A DNA stretch of 64,000 nt, from contig CAZXAN010000001.1 of assembly GCA_964638585.1 (NCBI GenBank), positions 23,454 through 87,453 on the forward strand. The letters run 5' to 3'. Made by a program: the position numbers and the translations under genes. The notes under the pieces were generated by a model. That model was not told the origin of the DNA. It saw only the letters and a program-made list of their open reading frames with translations, and did no database searches. Shown piece after piece: positions 44,734 to 54,875 of the stretch (position 1 is its first letter; the number at the start of each line of letters is the position of its first letter). The stretch is from an uncultured Candidatus Saccharibacteria bacterium (GTDB lineage: Bacteria; Patescibacteriota; Minisyncoccia; Phycocordibacterales; Phycocordibacteraceae).

Positions 44734-44849
44734 CGAGTTTTGAGGATATCAGATGTCCACAAAACTACTCAAAAAAGCCTGATTGGTGCTTGATTTCAAT
44801 ATCGTCGCGCTCATAACGCCCAAGAATCACATCTCTTGAGAATTCTTTA

Positions 44850-45663
44850 GTGAGGGACGTCTAACGTCCCTCACTCGAAGGACCCGGTGCTGTGTAGTGC
44901 AGAGTCGTCAGGTATATTGCGGCCGAGAATCACGTCTCGGGCGTACTCGCGGTAATCATCTGGACTGTAAAGCGATGTAAGGAACTTCTTGTCGACAATT
45001 GGCCGATTGAAAGTTCCAACATAATCACCTAGGCTCGAATACGGATATGCACTCGCCCAGGCATAGGCTTCGTTAAAGTTACTCCGCGCCCAATTGTAGC
45101 CCTTAGGGTGAACATCGAATGCGTTTTTCACTTGGATGTACGCCGATACGTATCGGAAATAATTGTCATCGTCCACAGTTCGCGCACAATATGAACCTTG
45201 GAAGAGGGATCCTTTTTCACAATAGCGTTCGTTAAATTTCTTTGCCATCCCGGTGCCTAGACGATGCATAAAGCGTACGACACCACCTTCCTTGATTTCC
45301 TGGAGCAGAAGGTGAAAGTGATTCTCGACGAGTCCAAAAGCGACTAGTCCAACATGTGAATCACGTTCTGGCCAATGAGGTGGCCGCTCGAAGGTTCGGT
45401 GAACGTGAGCGTCATATAAATCGCGATGCCAATTTGGAGAAGTGAAGCTGTCGTTGAAGTGAGTCAGCATCAGCAAGAATCTGAATCGATCTGCCTCATC
45501 ACGAACGATAGGTAATCCTCGCGTTCCTCGTTGAACGACGTGAACGTACGACCCAATGCTGAACGGCTCCTTCCGCATACACCAATCATACACGACCTGA
45601 GGGACGTTAGACGTCCCTCAAATGTCCTTGTGTGCATAAGTGAGGGACGCTAAGCGTCCCTCA
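44850..45663. mobile_element. REP-RAYT unit: IS200-like tyrosine transposase flanked by three REP palindromes
   Basis: GAGGGACG-N5-CGTCCCTC at 44850-44874 overlaps the RAYT stop. GAGGGACG-N5-CGTCCCTC at 45598-45620 lies 5 nt upstream of the start. GAGGGACGC-N3-GCGTCCCTC sits at 45641-45663. Confidence 0.7.
44871..45593 (-). CDS. REP-associated tyrosine transposase (RAYT; IS200/Y1-transposase-like)
   Basis: YVHVVQRGTRG..FLLMLTH.. and the HUH motif ENHFHLLLQE, then FMHRLGTGMAKKFNERYCEKGSLFQGSYCAR (catalytic Tyr region) and WARSNFN..SSL. Collinear with PF01797-type RAYTs. Confidence 0.75.
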   Translation of the reverse strand: MYDWCMRKEPFSIGSYVHVVQRGTRGLPIVRDEADRFRFLLMLTHFNDSFTSPNWHRDLYDAHVHRTFERPPHWPERDSHVGLVAFGLVENHFHLLLQEIKEGGVVRFMHRLGTGMAKKFNERYCEKGSLFQGSYCARTVDDDNYFRYVSAYIQVKNAFDVHPKGYNWARSNFNEAYAWASAYPYSSLGDYVGTFNRPIVDKKFLTSLYSPDDYREYARDVILGRNIPDDSALHSTGSFE

Positions 45664-46024
45664 GGAAAAAGTATTGAAGCCGCGACCCAGTTTGCCAACA
45701 CGCGATAGTCTTCAAATTGAAAGCCCCGCGACAAAAGTTCATCGCGGGGCGGCATCACATATTTCGTCACATTTGTAAGTAATTTCACGACGATCTGGCC
45801 GACGACCAAGACAGAATCACCGTGCAGACATGAAAGACGTTCGACCGTTGCTTTAGCCACGACAAACAATGCGGCAAGCAATCCGGTGTTCTTCATACCC
45901 ACAAATCTGTCAGTATCCTAGCGCACATGGTTGTTTTTGTCAAGGTATCCCCGCAAACTGAGAGACAGCACGACCTCCCGCTGGGGAGGTCGATGCGTGT
46001 TCCGATATTGCACTTGCCGGAGCG

Positions 46025-47146
46025 TTATTTCTTCTTGCCAGCAAAGGTGAGTGTCATGCGCTGATCTTTTGGTTCAAACAATGAGATTGTGAATGGATAG
46101 GTCTTGCCAAGTTCTAGAGTTGAACGGAGCTCGGCTGGCGTCGCGAATTCGCTGACGTGAACAAGGCCCGCGACGCCCTCTTCAATAGAAGCAAGTGCGC
46201 CATGCTTGTTATATTTAATAACGACGCCCGGCACCTCCATACCCTTACTGTAGCGTTCAGCGGCAGTGTGCCAAGGGTTCTCCTTCAGCGCCTTGATAGA
46301 GAGCGATATCTTGCCGTCTTTTATTTCAATAACTTTTACGCGCACCTTATCGCCCACATTGAAGAGCGCGTGTGGATCTTCTACGAGGCCCCAGTCCAGC
46401 TCGCTTATATGCACGAGGCCTTCAAGACCTTGTTCAATCTTGACGAAGACGCCGAAGTCTACGATGCCCGTTACCTCGCCGTCGGCACTGTCGCCGACCT
46501 GATACTTATCAATTAGCGAAGCCTTCTCGTCTGCTTCGTTGCCTGTGCGCTCAGAGAAAATAAGTTTACCCTCCTTGGCGTCCGCAGTGATGATGCGAAC
46601 CGAGAGTGGATGGCCGACAAGATTCGTGAGTTCACCCAAGATCTTCTCTTTATCGCCTTCGGGGACGCGCGGATAATGATCCTTGGAGAGCTGTGACGCT
46701 GGCAAGAAGCCTTGGATGCCCTGCCATGTGAGAATGAGACCTCCCTTGTTCGCCTCCTCAACGTTGAGAGAGTAAGCAGTCTGCGATAGAATCGCCGTCT
46801 CTGCCTCGCCCCAGATAGCGGCCTGACGAGCTTCTTTCAGCGAGAGCTCTATGTAGCCATCGCGACCGGCTGGGTCGACGACCTTGGCCGAGATAATGTC
46901 GCCCGGATTCGCCTTGCGCAATACATCAGCGGCGTTGAGGTATTCACGACCGTAGATAAGACCGGTGCCAAAGGGCGCTAAGTCGATATAAACGCGTCCG
47001 CGGCTGATGGCGATAATAGTGCCTTCTACCAAGTCGCCAGTAGACGGCGGCATCGGGATAGCATCAATTAAGCCAGCCATCGGATGGTCTTTTTCTAGAT
47101 GTATTGTTGGTAAAGGCAAAGCCTTCACCTTCGTCTCGTCAGACAT
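46025..47146 (-). CDS. rpsA: 30S ribosomal protein S1 (four S1 domains)
   Basis: Repeated S1 OB-fold domains (GDLVEGTIIAI.., GDIISAKVV.., GEVTGIVDFGVFV.., VPGVVIKYNKHGA..). Confidence 0.85.
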   Translation of the reverse strand: MSDETKVKALPLPTIHLEKDHPMAGLIDAIPMPPSTGDLVEGTIIAISRGRVYIDLAPFGTGLIYGREYLNAADVLRKANPGDIISAKVVDPAGRDGYIELSLKEARQAAIWGEAETAILSQTAYSLNVEEANKGGLILTWQGIQGFLPASQLSKDHYPRVPEGDKEKILGELTNLVGHPLSVRIITADAKEGKLIFSERTGNEADEKASLIDKYQVGDSADGEVTGIVDFGVFVKIEQGLEGLVHISELDWGLVEDPHALFNVGDKVRVKVIEIKDGKISLSIKALKENPWHTAAERYSKGMEVPGVVIKYNKHGALASIEEGVAGLVHVSEFATPAELRSTLELGKTYPFTISLFEPKDQRMTLTFAGKKK

Positions 47147-47266
47147 AATATAAAAGCAGTGCGGATTTTTGATAAGGGTTCTGGCTCCTTGCGGAACGCA
47201 GTGTTAGCCACTTACTACTTCTCCAGCACGCAACAAAAAGACTATAGCAGATGATGTAGAAAATGG

Positions 47267-47289
47267 AAAGGCCCGCTTAGTACGCGGGC
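47267..47289 (-). terminator. Intrinsic terminator downstream of the 47353..47688 gene
   Basis: An 8-bp GC stem aggcccgc/gcgggcct is followed by a T-rich tail on the minus strand. Confidence 0.45.
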
Positions 47290-47352
47290 CTGTCTCCTTT
47301 CATAAGAATGTTCAATTGATTGATTTGCTTTCGGTCCCGGAATGATGTGGAC

Positions 47353-47688
47353 CTAGTTCACGTTGCCCGCGCTCGCCCAGAAATTGGCATTGCCGCCGAT
47401 GCTTTCGCGCGTCATGTCGATAGTCGCGGTGTCACCGGATTTCGCATCGAGCTGTGCCGTCTGGCCGACCCTCGTGTATCCACGGAAATTAGCGTTGGGC
47501 TTGCCGGCGCCGGGGCTGATGTACCCGAGCTGACGACTGGGGCCAGTGCTGTGCCGGTCGCGGCGGTTGGTGGCGTCCATGTTGTCGGCGAACGAATTTG
47601 CCGTATTGACGATTGCCTGGGCAGCTCCAGCAACTGTGCCTAGCGCGGCGGCAACGGCGGCATTAATCATTCTTGTCTTGAATCTCAT
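47353..47688 (-). CDS. Small secreted hypothetical protein (signal peptide, GC-rich)
   Basis: MRFKTRMINAAVAAALGTVAGAAQA is a signal peptide with AQA cleavage site. Strong AAGGAGA Shine-Dalgarno. 111 aa, GC visibly above neighbours. Confidence 0.45.
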   Translation of the reverse strand: MRFKTRMINAAVAAALGTVAGAAQAIVNTANSFADNMDATNRRDRHSTGPSRQLGYISPGAGKPNANFRGYTRVGQTAQLDAKSGDTATIDMTRESIGGNANFWASAGNVN

Positions 47689-47816
47689 ACGAGTTTCTCC
47701 TTAAGGTTTGAAACAGGTTGATTTCGCGAAAGGACGCGCCAAGGACGATACAAGCTGTCAAAGGAACGTCTGAGGGTTAATCTACCAGAATCATTTCAAT
47801 TTACAAGACCCAAAAT

Positions 47817-48521
47817 GTGTCGCAGGGGATAACATTTTGTGCTACAATATACGCAATGGTTATCACGCATCACGGGGGTCAATGTATCAAGGTTACCTTC
47901 GGCGATTTGACGCTCGTCTTTGATCCTATCTCTAAAAGTGGCACTCTGCCCGCAGTGCGATTCGGCGCCGATATCGCCCTAGTCTCGCGCGACCATCCCG
48001 ATATGAATGGCGTTGACGAAGTGACTTACGGCGACAAAAAGCCTTTTGTTGTGAACGGCCCCGGCGAGTACGAGAGAGGAGGCGTAGTGATACAAGGATT
48101 CCTCTCACACAGTGCGTACAACTTGGCGGCGAAACACCCAAGCAACTTGGGTGTTTCGCCGCCAAGTTTCGTGAATACTATATATAGTGTGCAACTTGAG
48201 GATATGACTCTAGTGCATCTCGGTGCATTGTCTGACACTGAACTGTCACAAGAGGCGCGCGAGAGCATTGACGAGATAGATGTATTGTTTGTGCCGATTG
48301 GTGGTGAAGGTGTTCTATCTGCTTCAAAGGCGCACGAACTCGCGGTGTCGCTAGAGCCAAAGATAATAGTACCTATACATTGGCAAGGAGTGGGTGCGCC
48401 GAAATCTCTTGAAGCATTTCTTAAAGAGGCTGGTAATGGGAATGAAAAAGTTGATAAGCTCACACTTAAGAAAAAGGATTTGACGACTCTTGAAGGGAGT
48501 ATAATGGTTATAACTCAATAA
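47817..48521 (+). CDS. MBL-fold metallo-hydrolase (UPF0173-like)
   Basis: MVITHHGGQCIKVTFGDLTLVFDP.. and later DVLFVPIGG, consistent with Lactamase_B_3. The start may be the internal Met at 47856. Confidence 0.55.
   Translation: MSQGITFCATIYAMVITHHGGQCIKVTFGDLTLVFDPISKSGTLPAVRFGADIALVSRDHPDMNGVDEVTYGDKKPFVVNGPGEYERGGVVIQGFLSHSAYNLAAKHPSNLGVSPPSFVNTIYSVQLEDMTLVHLGALSDTELSQEARESIDEIDVLFVPIGGEGVLSASKAHELAVSLEPKIIVPIHWQGVGAPKSLEAFLKEAGNGNEKVDKLTLKKKDLTTLEGSIMVITQ
48121..48167. repeat. Perfect inverted repeat inside the MBL-hydrolase CDS (22-bp arms acttggcggcgaaacacccaag, 3-nt spacer caa)
   Basis: Arms 48121-48142 and 48146-48167 are exact reverse complements. The repeat encodes NLAAKHPSNLGVSPPS in frame. 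Confidence 0.85.
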
Positions 48522-48524
48522 GAT

Positions 48525-48863
48525 ATGAAAACTGTCTTTGAACACATAGAACATGTTAAGGGCCAGCCACATCATATCCGCAAGAGCATTGCATTTGTCT
48601 CTGCAACTGTCGGGGCGGGGCTAATCGCACTCGTGTGGCTCGTGGGCTCTGTTGCAAACGGATTGTTCGCTGTACAAGGGTCTTCGTTTGCTGATGCCAC
48701 TGGGGGTGCAGAAGCAGTAGATGTCACAAACAATTCTCAAGGCATCGCAGGTGTTGCTGCGGTACTAGACAACGAGGACGCGCCAGCTCACATTGAGATC
48801 GTAGACACAACAGCAGGCAAGGCCCCTGTTAAGAAGCCAGAGCAGACTACGATACCGTTCTGA
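48525..48863 (+). CDS. Hypothetical membrane-anchored protein
   Basis: 112 aa, one TM helix, Ala/Gly/Val-rich ectodomain. Confidence 0.35.
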   Translation: MKTVFEHIEHVKGQPHHIRKSIAFVSATVGAGLIALVWLVGSVANGLFAVQGSSFADATGGAEAVDVTNNSQGIAGVAAVLDNEDAPAHIEIVDTTAGKAPVKKPEQTTIPF

Positions 48864-48878
48864 TATTAAATATATTTT

Positions 48879-51353
48879 ATGGCGCGTGGAAAAGCAGAAA
48901 AAGAAGACGGTGACGTGACTCCCGTTGCGTTAAATGTCATTAATCAGCCGATAGTCGCCGAGATGCGACAATCGTATATTGATTACGCGATGACGGTTAT
49001 CACCGCGCGCGCTTTGCCCGACGTCCGTGACGGCTTGAAGCCGGTGCACCGCCGTATCCTCTACGCCATGCGCGACATGGGCCTTACTCCGACGGTCAAG
49101 TTCAGGAAGTCTGCAACAGTGGTCGGCGAAGTGCTCGGTAAATATCATCCGCACGGCGATATCGCCGTCTACGACTCTATGGCCAAGATGGCGCAAACAT
49201 TTTCATATCGCTACCCGCTTGTTCTTGGTCAAGGCAACTTCGGCTCTATAGACGGCGATTCGCCTGCGGCTATGCGCTACACCGAGGCCAAGATGTCGCG
49301 CATATCAGACTCTCTGCTTGCCGATCTTGAGAAAGAGACTGTGTCTTGGATACCCAATTATGACGCGACTCGTGAAGAGCCAAGAGTTCTACCAGCCGCT
49401 TTGCCAAACTTGTTGCTAAACGGTACCCTCGGCATTGCGGTCGGCATGGCGACTAATATCCCTCCGCACAACCTACGCGAGGTAGTCGCCGCCACAGTCC
49501 ACTTGATTGAGAATCCTGATGCAACCACTGATGACTTATTACAATTTGTAAAAGGTCCGGACTTTCCACTTGGCGGCGTCGCCTTCAGCCAGACGGACAT
49601 TAAACATGCATACGGTACAGGTAAGGGGCCAGTCGTAGTGCGCGGAGAAGCGGAGATTATTGATGATGGTAAGAAAGACACGAAGATAATCATCACTTCA
49701 ATCCCGTATCGCGTTAACAAGAGTGACTTGATTACGAGGATTGCGGATTTGGTACAAGAGAAAAAGCTGGAGGGTATTCGCGATCTGCGCGACGAGTCCA
49801 CAAGCGATATCCGCGTCGTGGTAGAGCTGAAGGGCACCGCGCATCCGCAAGCAGTTTTGAATAATTTGTATAAACACACAGAGCTTGAGAGCACCTTCCA
49901 CTACAACATGCTCGCTCTTGTAGACGGTGTACCAGAGATGCTCTCACTCTCGGGGATGCTAGAACACTTTGTGCATCACAGACAAGAAGTGGTGAAGCGT
50001 CGTACAGAGTTTGACCTGCGCCAAGCAGAGGCACGCGAGCACATTTTGCTTGGACTCTGCAAGGCGCTTGACCATATAGACGAGGTCATTGCGATTATCA
50101 AGAAGGCAGCTGACGTAGCGTCTGCGAGTCTCGCTCTTCAGAAGAAGTTTGGTTTTTCTGTTCTCCAGGCTGCTGCCATTCTTGAAATGCGCCTCTCTAA
50201 GCTCGCCGGTCTTGAGAGAAAGAAAATAGAAGATGAGTTGACGGAAGTACAGGTGCTTATCGCTAAGCTTAAAAAGATTCTCTCGTCGGCAAAGAATATT
50301 CTCGCCGTGGTTAAGAGCGAGCTCATGGAGCTAGGCGAGAAATATGGTGATGATCGCCGTACAAGAATTGTGAAGGGCGGTGTGCAAAACATTTCAGTAG
50401 AGGACCTAGTTCCAGACGAAGAGAGCATGCTAGTCCTAACAGAGGGCGGATATGTAAAGCGTACTAATCCAGCAGAATATAAAAAGCAGAAGCGTGGCGG
50501 AGTGGGTGTAGTGGATATTGCGACTAAAGAAGAGGACATAGTCACGCACTTCTTGGTCACGTCAGCACATAGCGACCTATTATTCTTTACTAACTTTGGC
50601 AAGGCGTATCAGCTCAAGATGTATGAGATACCAGAGGGCAAGCGCGCCACCAAGGGCAAGAGCATTATGAACTTCTTACCGCTCTCTGGTGAAGAAGCGG
50701 TGACGAGTGTCTTAGCCGTGCCGAAGGGTGCCGCGCTTGACGCATCTTCAGTATTTTTTGTCACAAGAGAGGGCGCAGTCAAGAGAGTCTCTGCAAAGAG
50801 CTTCGCAGACGTGCGTCGCTCTGGCATCATCGCTATTAATCTCAAGAAAGGGGACACTCTTGTCTCGGCGCACTTATCTGCAGAAGGTGACACGGCATCT
50901 ATTGTTACTGCTAAAGGGCAGTCAATAAGATTTGAGGTAGAAGATGTACGCGAGATGGGTCGTACTGCCGGAGGCGTGCGCGGAGTGAGCGTTAAAAAGG
51001 GCGATAAGGTAGTCTCTGCCGAGGTTATATCTGTGGCCGCAAAGGACGCTTCACTTTTGGTAATTATGAGCAAGGGTTATGGCAAACGTACAAAACTTTC
51101 TGAATATAAAGTGCAGGGCCGTGGCGGTTCTGGCATCAAGACCGCTGCCGTAACGCCGAAGACGGGCGAGGTAATAGGCGCCCGAGTTGTGTTTGGTAAT
51201 GCTGAAGACGAAGAGCTAGTAGTTGTATCAAAGAAAGGGCAGGTGATACGCACGAGCGTCAACGAGATACCTCTAATCTCTCGCGCAACACAAGGTGTCC
51301 GAGTCATGCGCCTCTACGAGGGCGACAGCATTGCCAGCATGGTTGCACTCTAA
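48879..51353 (+). CDS. gyrA: DNA gyrase subunit A (compact)
   Basis: [31 protein letters not shown] (catalytic Tyr region) and GyrA-box beta-pinwheel repeats in the C-terminal domain. 824 aa. Confidence 0.95.
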   Translation: MARGKAEKEDGDVTPVALNVINQPIVAEMRQSYIDYAMTVITARALPDVRDGLKPVHRRILYAMRDMGLTPTVKFRKSATVVGEVLGKYHPHGDIAVYDSMAKMAQTFSYRYPLVLGQGNFGSIDGDSPAAMRYTEAKMSRISDSLLADLEKETVSWIPNYDATREEPRVLPAALPNLLLNGTLGIAVGMATNIPPHNLREVVAATVHLIENPDATTDDLLQFVKGPDFPLGGVAFSQTDIKHAYGTGKGPVVVRGEAEIIDDGKKDTKIIITSIPYRVNKSDLITRIADLVQEKKLEGIRDLRDESTSDIRVVVELKGTAHPQAVLNNLYKHTELESTFHYNMLALVDGVPEMLSLSGMLEHFVHHRQEVVKRRTEFDLRQAEAREHILLGLCKALDHIDEVIAIIKKAADVASASLALQKKFGFSVLQAAAILEMRLSKLAGLERKKIEDELTEVQVLIAKLKKILSSAKNILAVVKSELMELGEKYGDDRRTRIVKGGVQNISVEDLVPDEESMLVLTEGGYVKRTNPAEYKKQKRGGVGVVDIATKEEDIVTHFLVTSAHSDLLFFTNFGKAYQLKMYEIPEGKRATKGKSIMNFLPLSGEEAVTSVLAVPKGAALDASSVFFVTREGAVKRVSAKSFADVRRSGIIAINLKKGDTLVSAHLSAEGDTASIVTAKGQSIRFEVEDVREMGRTAGGVRGVSVKKGDKVVSAEVISVAAKDASLLVIMSKGYGKRTKLSEYKVQGRGGSGIKTAAVTPKTGEVIGARVVFGNAEDEELVVVSKKGQVIRTSVNEIPLISRATQGVRVMRLYEGDSIASMVAL

Positions 51354-51448
51354 TCAGGTCACGAGATCAACCTTGTGAACTGGGCGTGGGCGGTGTAGGG
51401 TTCTGACAGGAGTGACCGGACGGAGCGACACTTTGTCCGTGGCTCTCA

Positions 51449-51751
51449 TTGATGATCTGGCCAGAAAACCAATTGGTGAAAGGAGATGTTATGAGTCAGT
51501 GGAGTGAAAAGAGCAATGCTGAACAGGAAAAGCTCCTTAGGCAGGTAGCTAATAATGTCCTAGAAGCTAAGGATTGGAAGGAATTCGCGGACTTCATGGA
51601 CACCAGCAACGGTAGAGTGCTCATGTTCCTGGAGGCGACGGTTGTCGCCAAATTACGTGAAGGCAGGATAACGCGCACAACTGCGCGGAAGTCATATCTG
51701 AAACTTGGTCTCAAGATTCCAAATGAAATGCAAGAGGAAATACCTTTCTGA
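51449..51751 (+). CDS. Hypothetical protein
   Basis: 100-aa ORF (or 86 aa from MSQWSEKS). No family recognised. Confidence 0.3.
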   Translation: MMIWPENQLVKGDVMSQWSEKSNAEQEKLLRQVANNVLEAKDWKEFADFMDTSNGRVLMFLEATVVAKLREGRITRTTARKSYLKLGLKIPNEMQEEIPF

Positions 51752-51804
51752 ACGAATGGTGGATTGCGCGGCTGCCCTGGGCAGCCGCGTGTTATTTTAT
51801 ATGT

Positions 51805-52341
51805 ATGGCAAATGCATTTAGTTCTCCACACGAAAATGTCCTGCAGATGGGATTGCACAATGGTATGAAGGTAGGCGACCTAGGAGCAGGAAGCGGACAC
51901 TACTCGCGCGCAGCCGCTGGTGTTGTGGGACATAGCGGTAAGGTATACGCGATAGATGTACAAGAAGATGTTTTAAAACACTTGAAGCTGAATTCGCACA
52001 TACATCATCAGAGCATTATTGACACAATTTGGGGCGATATTGAGAAGCCTGGCGGGACGCACCTGCGCGATGCATCTCTTGATGCAGTTATTCTAGCGAA
52101 CACGTTATTCCAAATTGAAAACCGTTTTGGATTATTGAAGGAGATTAAACGCATTTTAAAGCCTGGTGGCAAACTCATGGTTGTTGATTGGGCAGGGAGC
52201 TATGGCGGGATGGGTCCGGTACCTGAAAAGGTTGTTACAGAGAGCGACACAGAAGCTTTTTTCATCAACGGCGGATTCCACAAGGTTAAATCATTTCGTG
52301 CTGGCCCGCATCATTACGGGATAATATTTACTTCGCCATGA
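51805..52341 (+). CDS. Class I SAM-dependent methyltransferase
   Basis: VGDLGAGSGHYS (motif I), AIDVQEDV (motif II), LKPGGKLMVVDW (post-II/III). Confidence 0.7.
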   Translation: MANAFSSPHENVLQMGLHNGMKVGDLGAGSGHYSRAAAGVVGHSGKVYAIDVQEDVLKHLKLNSHIHHQSIIDTIWGDIEKPGGTHLRDASLDAVILANTLFQIENRFGLLKEIKRILKPGGKLMVVDWAGSYGGMGPVPEKVVTESDTEAFFINGGFHKVKSFRAGPHHYGIIFTSP

Positions 52342-53639
52342 AAATATCTCTGTTCCAAGCGATCTTACTCGGAGTGTTCAGTATCGGGGCGCTTATGGGT
52401 CTCTTTGTTTTTGCTACACACACCAACAACAATAGTGGTGGCGAAAACGATATTGGCACAGTAGTTATATGGGGCACTCTACCTAAGACAAGCATGGACA
52501 ACGTTTTGTCGTTAGCGGCGCAGGCAAACGAGGCTCTCAAGAATTTGTCATATGTGCAGAAGAGTCCATCAGTACTGTCATCAGAGCTTGCGTCTGCGAT
52601 AGCCACCGGTGTAGCACCTGACCTAATTCTCGCTTCACAAGAAGAGCTCCGATCAATCGCTAAATATCTATCACCTATACCCCTTGATATGCTCTCACAG
52701 GCTACATTTACCAGCACGTTTATTGAAGAGGGAGACGTATTCGCGACAAATGGCGGGTACTACGGCATACCGTTTCTTGTTGACCCTCTTGTACTCTTCT
52801 CTAATCGCGACATCCTCTCGTCTGCTGGTATCGCACGGCCACCCGCGACTTGGGAGGCGTTAACTGGTCTTGTACCAAGTGTAGCGCAGATGACACCAGC
52901 ACGACAAATAACTCGTGGCCTTATAGCACTCGGCACTTATGACAATGTTCGCAATGCGCGCGGGATACTCTCATCACTCTTTTTACAACAAAGTATTCCA
53001 ATTTCTTCATATAACAACGGTGGTCTAGGGGCCAATATTGGGTCTAATACTTCAAGCGGTCAATCTCCAGGCAAAGCTGTTGTAGGCTTCTACACACAGT
53101 TTGCCGATCCGTCTAAGGTCTCGTATACGTGGAATGCTTCTTTGCAAAGTTCTGACCAAATGTTTCTAGCAGGAGATCTGGCGCTTTACCTTGGCTATGC
53201 ATCTGAAGCACGATATATGACACAGGGCAATCCAAATCTTAACTTCGCGGTTACTGCTTTGCCACAACCTGCCACTGCCAAATTTAGAAATGCTTATGGG
53301 CTACTCTACGCATTTATGATCCCACGCGGAGCCAAGAACTCGTCGGGAGCGTATCAGTCTGCAGAATTCTTCACTACTCCTACAGCACAGATCTCGTCTG
53401 CCTCGGCTACTGGGCTCGCACCGTCTACTCTAAGCCAGCTCGCGAGCGTGCCAGACGACCCTGTCGCTGTGGTTGCGTATGCCGAGGCACTCTACTCAAG
53501 AGGGTGGCTGTCCCCAATGCCTGCCGACACAGACCGCGTCTTCTCGGGTATGATTAGGGATGTGATAAGCGGTCGCTCATCTATAGACAATGCGCTCATC
53601 TCTGCCGAGCGCTCTCTAACCCAACTACTACAACAATGA
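52338..53639 (+). CDS. Membrane-anchored extracellular solute-binding protein (SBP family 1-like)
   Basis: N-terminal TM, then TVVIWGTL.., APDLILAS.., GGYYGIPFLVDPLVLFSNRDILSSAGIARPPATWEAL (the YgvP..YNkdl..PkTWdEl hallmark). No ABC permease or ATPase genes are adjacent. ATGA overlap with the next gene. Confidence 0.55.
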   Translation: MKISLFQAILLGVFSIGALMGLFVFATHTNNNSGGENDIGTVVIWGTLPKTSMDNVLSLAAQANEALKNLSYVQKSPSVLSSELASAIATGVAPDLILASQEELRSIAKYLSPIPLDMLSQATFTSTFIEEGDVFATNGGYYGIPFLVDPLVLFSNRDILSSAGIARPPATWEALTGLVPSVAQMTPARQITRGLIALGTYDNVRNARGILSSLFLQQSIPISSYNNGGLGANIGSNTSSGQSPGKAVVGFYTQFADPSKVSYTWNASLQSSDQMFLAGDLALYLGYASEARYMTQGNPNLNFAVTALPQPATAKFRNAYGLLYAFMIPRGAKNSSGAYQSAEFFTTPTAQISSASATGLAPSTLSQLASVPDDPVAVVAYAEALYSRGWLSPMPADTDRVFSGMIRDVISGRSSIDNALISAERSLTQLLQQ

Positions 53640-54112
53640 AAACTCGTTATTTCGCCGTATTCGCATTCTCACTTTTTGCATTCGTGCCAACTACACACGC
53701 TGCCTGTATTTCTGACCCAGAGGCACCTAGCGTATATTTTGAAACAAGCACGGGTGCTCCATGTACACCGCAAACATCGGGACCAGCAATCACAAATCCT
53801 GGAAATAATCCGCAGATTACAAACCCAGGCACAAGTGTCACTCTCATCAACCCGCTCAAGGGCGGGGCAACACTAGAGTCATTTCTTAGTAGCATCTTAG
53901 ACTTCGTGATACGCATCGGCGCCATCATAGTCGTCTTGATGCTAGTCTTTGTCGGCTTCAAGTTTGTCATGGCACAGGGCAAGGACAGCGAGCTTGTAGA
54001 AGCAAGAAAGATGCTTCTCTGGACTATAGTCGGCGCACTGATCTTGCTTGGAGCCAAGGCTATACAAGTGGCTATAACAGAAACTGTGAAGGCGCTCTCT
54101 GTCGGCGGCTAA
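53636..54112 (+). CDS. Pilin-like small protein P1 (signal peptide, Cys/Pro-rich variable region, conserved C-terminal 2-TM hairpin; TrbC/VirB2-like topology)
   Basis: Signal peptide MKTRYFAVFAFSLFAFVPTTHA, variable region with 2 Cys, then TM1-(QGKDSELVEARK)-TM2. This hairpin is shared with the five downstream paralogs. Confidence 0.6.
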   Translation: MKTRYFAVFAFSLFAFVPTTHAACISDPEAPSVYFETSTGAPCTPQTSGPAITNPGNNPQITNPGTSVTLINPLKGGATLESFLSSILDFVIRIGAIIVVLMLVFVGFKFVMAQGKDSELVEARKMLLWTIVGALILLGAKAIQVAITETVKALSVGG

Positions 54113-54125
54113 ATATGATATTTGC

Positions 54126-54395
54126 ATGACATTTGCTCAATTCGTCGGTAACGGTCAATCAGGCATTATTGGCGCTATCAATACTGCCGTAGTGCCTGTC
54201 ATCTTCGCATTTGCATTCGCCGCATTCATCTGGGGTGTTACGAAATATTTCTTTATCAATGCAGACGATGAGACCAAGCGTGCCGAAGGCAAACAATTCG
54301 TACTATGGGGCATACTAGGCATGGTCGTACTGTTCTCTGTCTGGGCGCTCGTGAATATGTTGTTATCCACTCTAGGCATCGCGCCGAGGGCTTAA
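54126..54395 (+). CDS. Pilin-like small protein P2 (2-TM core only)
   Basis: IIGAINTAVVPVIFAFAFAAFIWG-..DDETKRAEGKQFVLWG-ILGMVVLFSVWALVNML: the shared core motif. Confidence 0.6.
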   Translation: MTFAQFVGNGQSGIIGAINTAVVPVIFAFAFAAFIWGVTKYFFINADDETKRAEGKQFVLWGILGMVVLFSVWALVNMLLSTLGIAPRA

Positions 54396-54412
54396 TATGT
54401 AATACTTAGACT

Positions 54413-54859
54413 ATGCAACAAACATTTACACAAACGTTCTCGTACGGTTTTAGTAGCGGATTTGGTGGTCCATATGCAACTGCGTGTGGGACAAACTATT
54501 TCTGCAGTCTCGCAAACATCATTATTAACACCATTAATGGCGTTCTCGTCCCACTTCTCTTCGCAATTGCATTTATCGTATTTCTATATGGCATAGCCAA
54601 GGCCTACATATTTTCTGGTGGCGAACCAGACAAGGTGAGCGAGGGACATAAGCTGATACTCTGGGGCTTGGTAGCCTTTGCCGTGATGATATCTGTATGG
54701 GGGCTTGTAAATATTGTCGCATACAGCTTCGGCCTCAATGGCTCTTATGCACCGCCAACTCCGACCTCGTATTCTGGGCAAAGTGTTCCTGGCACGTATG
54801 GTGGACAACCGCCAGGGTATTTAGAATGTCCGAAAAAGCCAGACGGGTCTTGTATCTAA
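54413..54859 (+). CDS. Pilin-like small protein P3 (Gly/Ser-rich N-terminus, Cys-containing C-terminal tail)
   Basis: Core IINTINGVLVPLLFAIAFIVFLYG..EPDKVSEGHKLILWGLVAFAVMISVWGLVNIV. Tail ..PPGYLECPKKPDGSCI. Confidence 0.6.
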   Translation: MQQTFTQTFSYGFSSGFGGPYATACGTNYFCSLANIIINTINGVLVPLLFAIAFIVFLYGIAKAYIFSGGEPDKVSEGHKLILWGLVAFAVMISVWGLVNIVAYSFGLNGSYAPPTPTSYSGQSVPGTYGGQPPGYLECPKKPDGSCI

Positions 54860-54875
54860 TCTATATAAATAAAAT

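Noticed and set aside
45618-45902. 94-aa minus-strand ORF between RAYT and rpsA
   Set aside because: Its 3' end is formed by the two REP palindromes and it has no recognisable family. It is probably a chance ORF created by REP insertion, so it is not reported as a gene, though a small real protein cannot be excluded.
45981-46000. GC hairpin gacctcccgc-tg-gggaggtc downstream of rpsA
   Set aside because: There is no T-tract on either strand, so it is not called as an intrinsic terminator.
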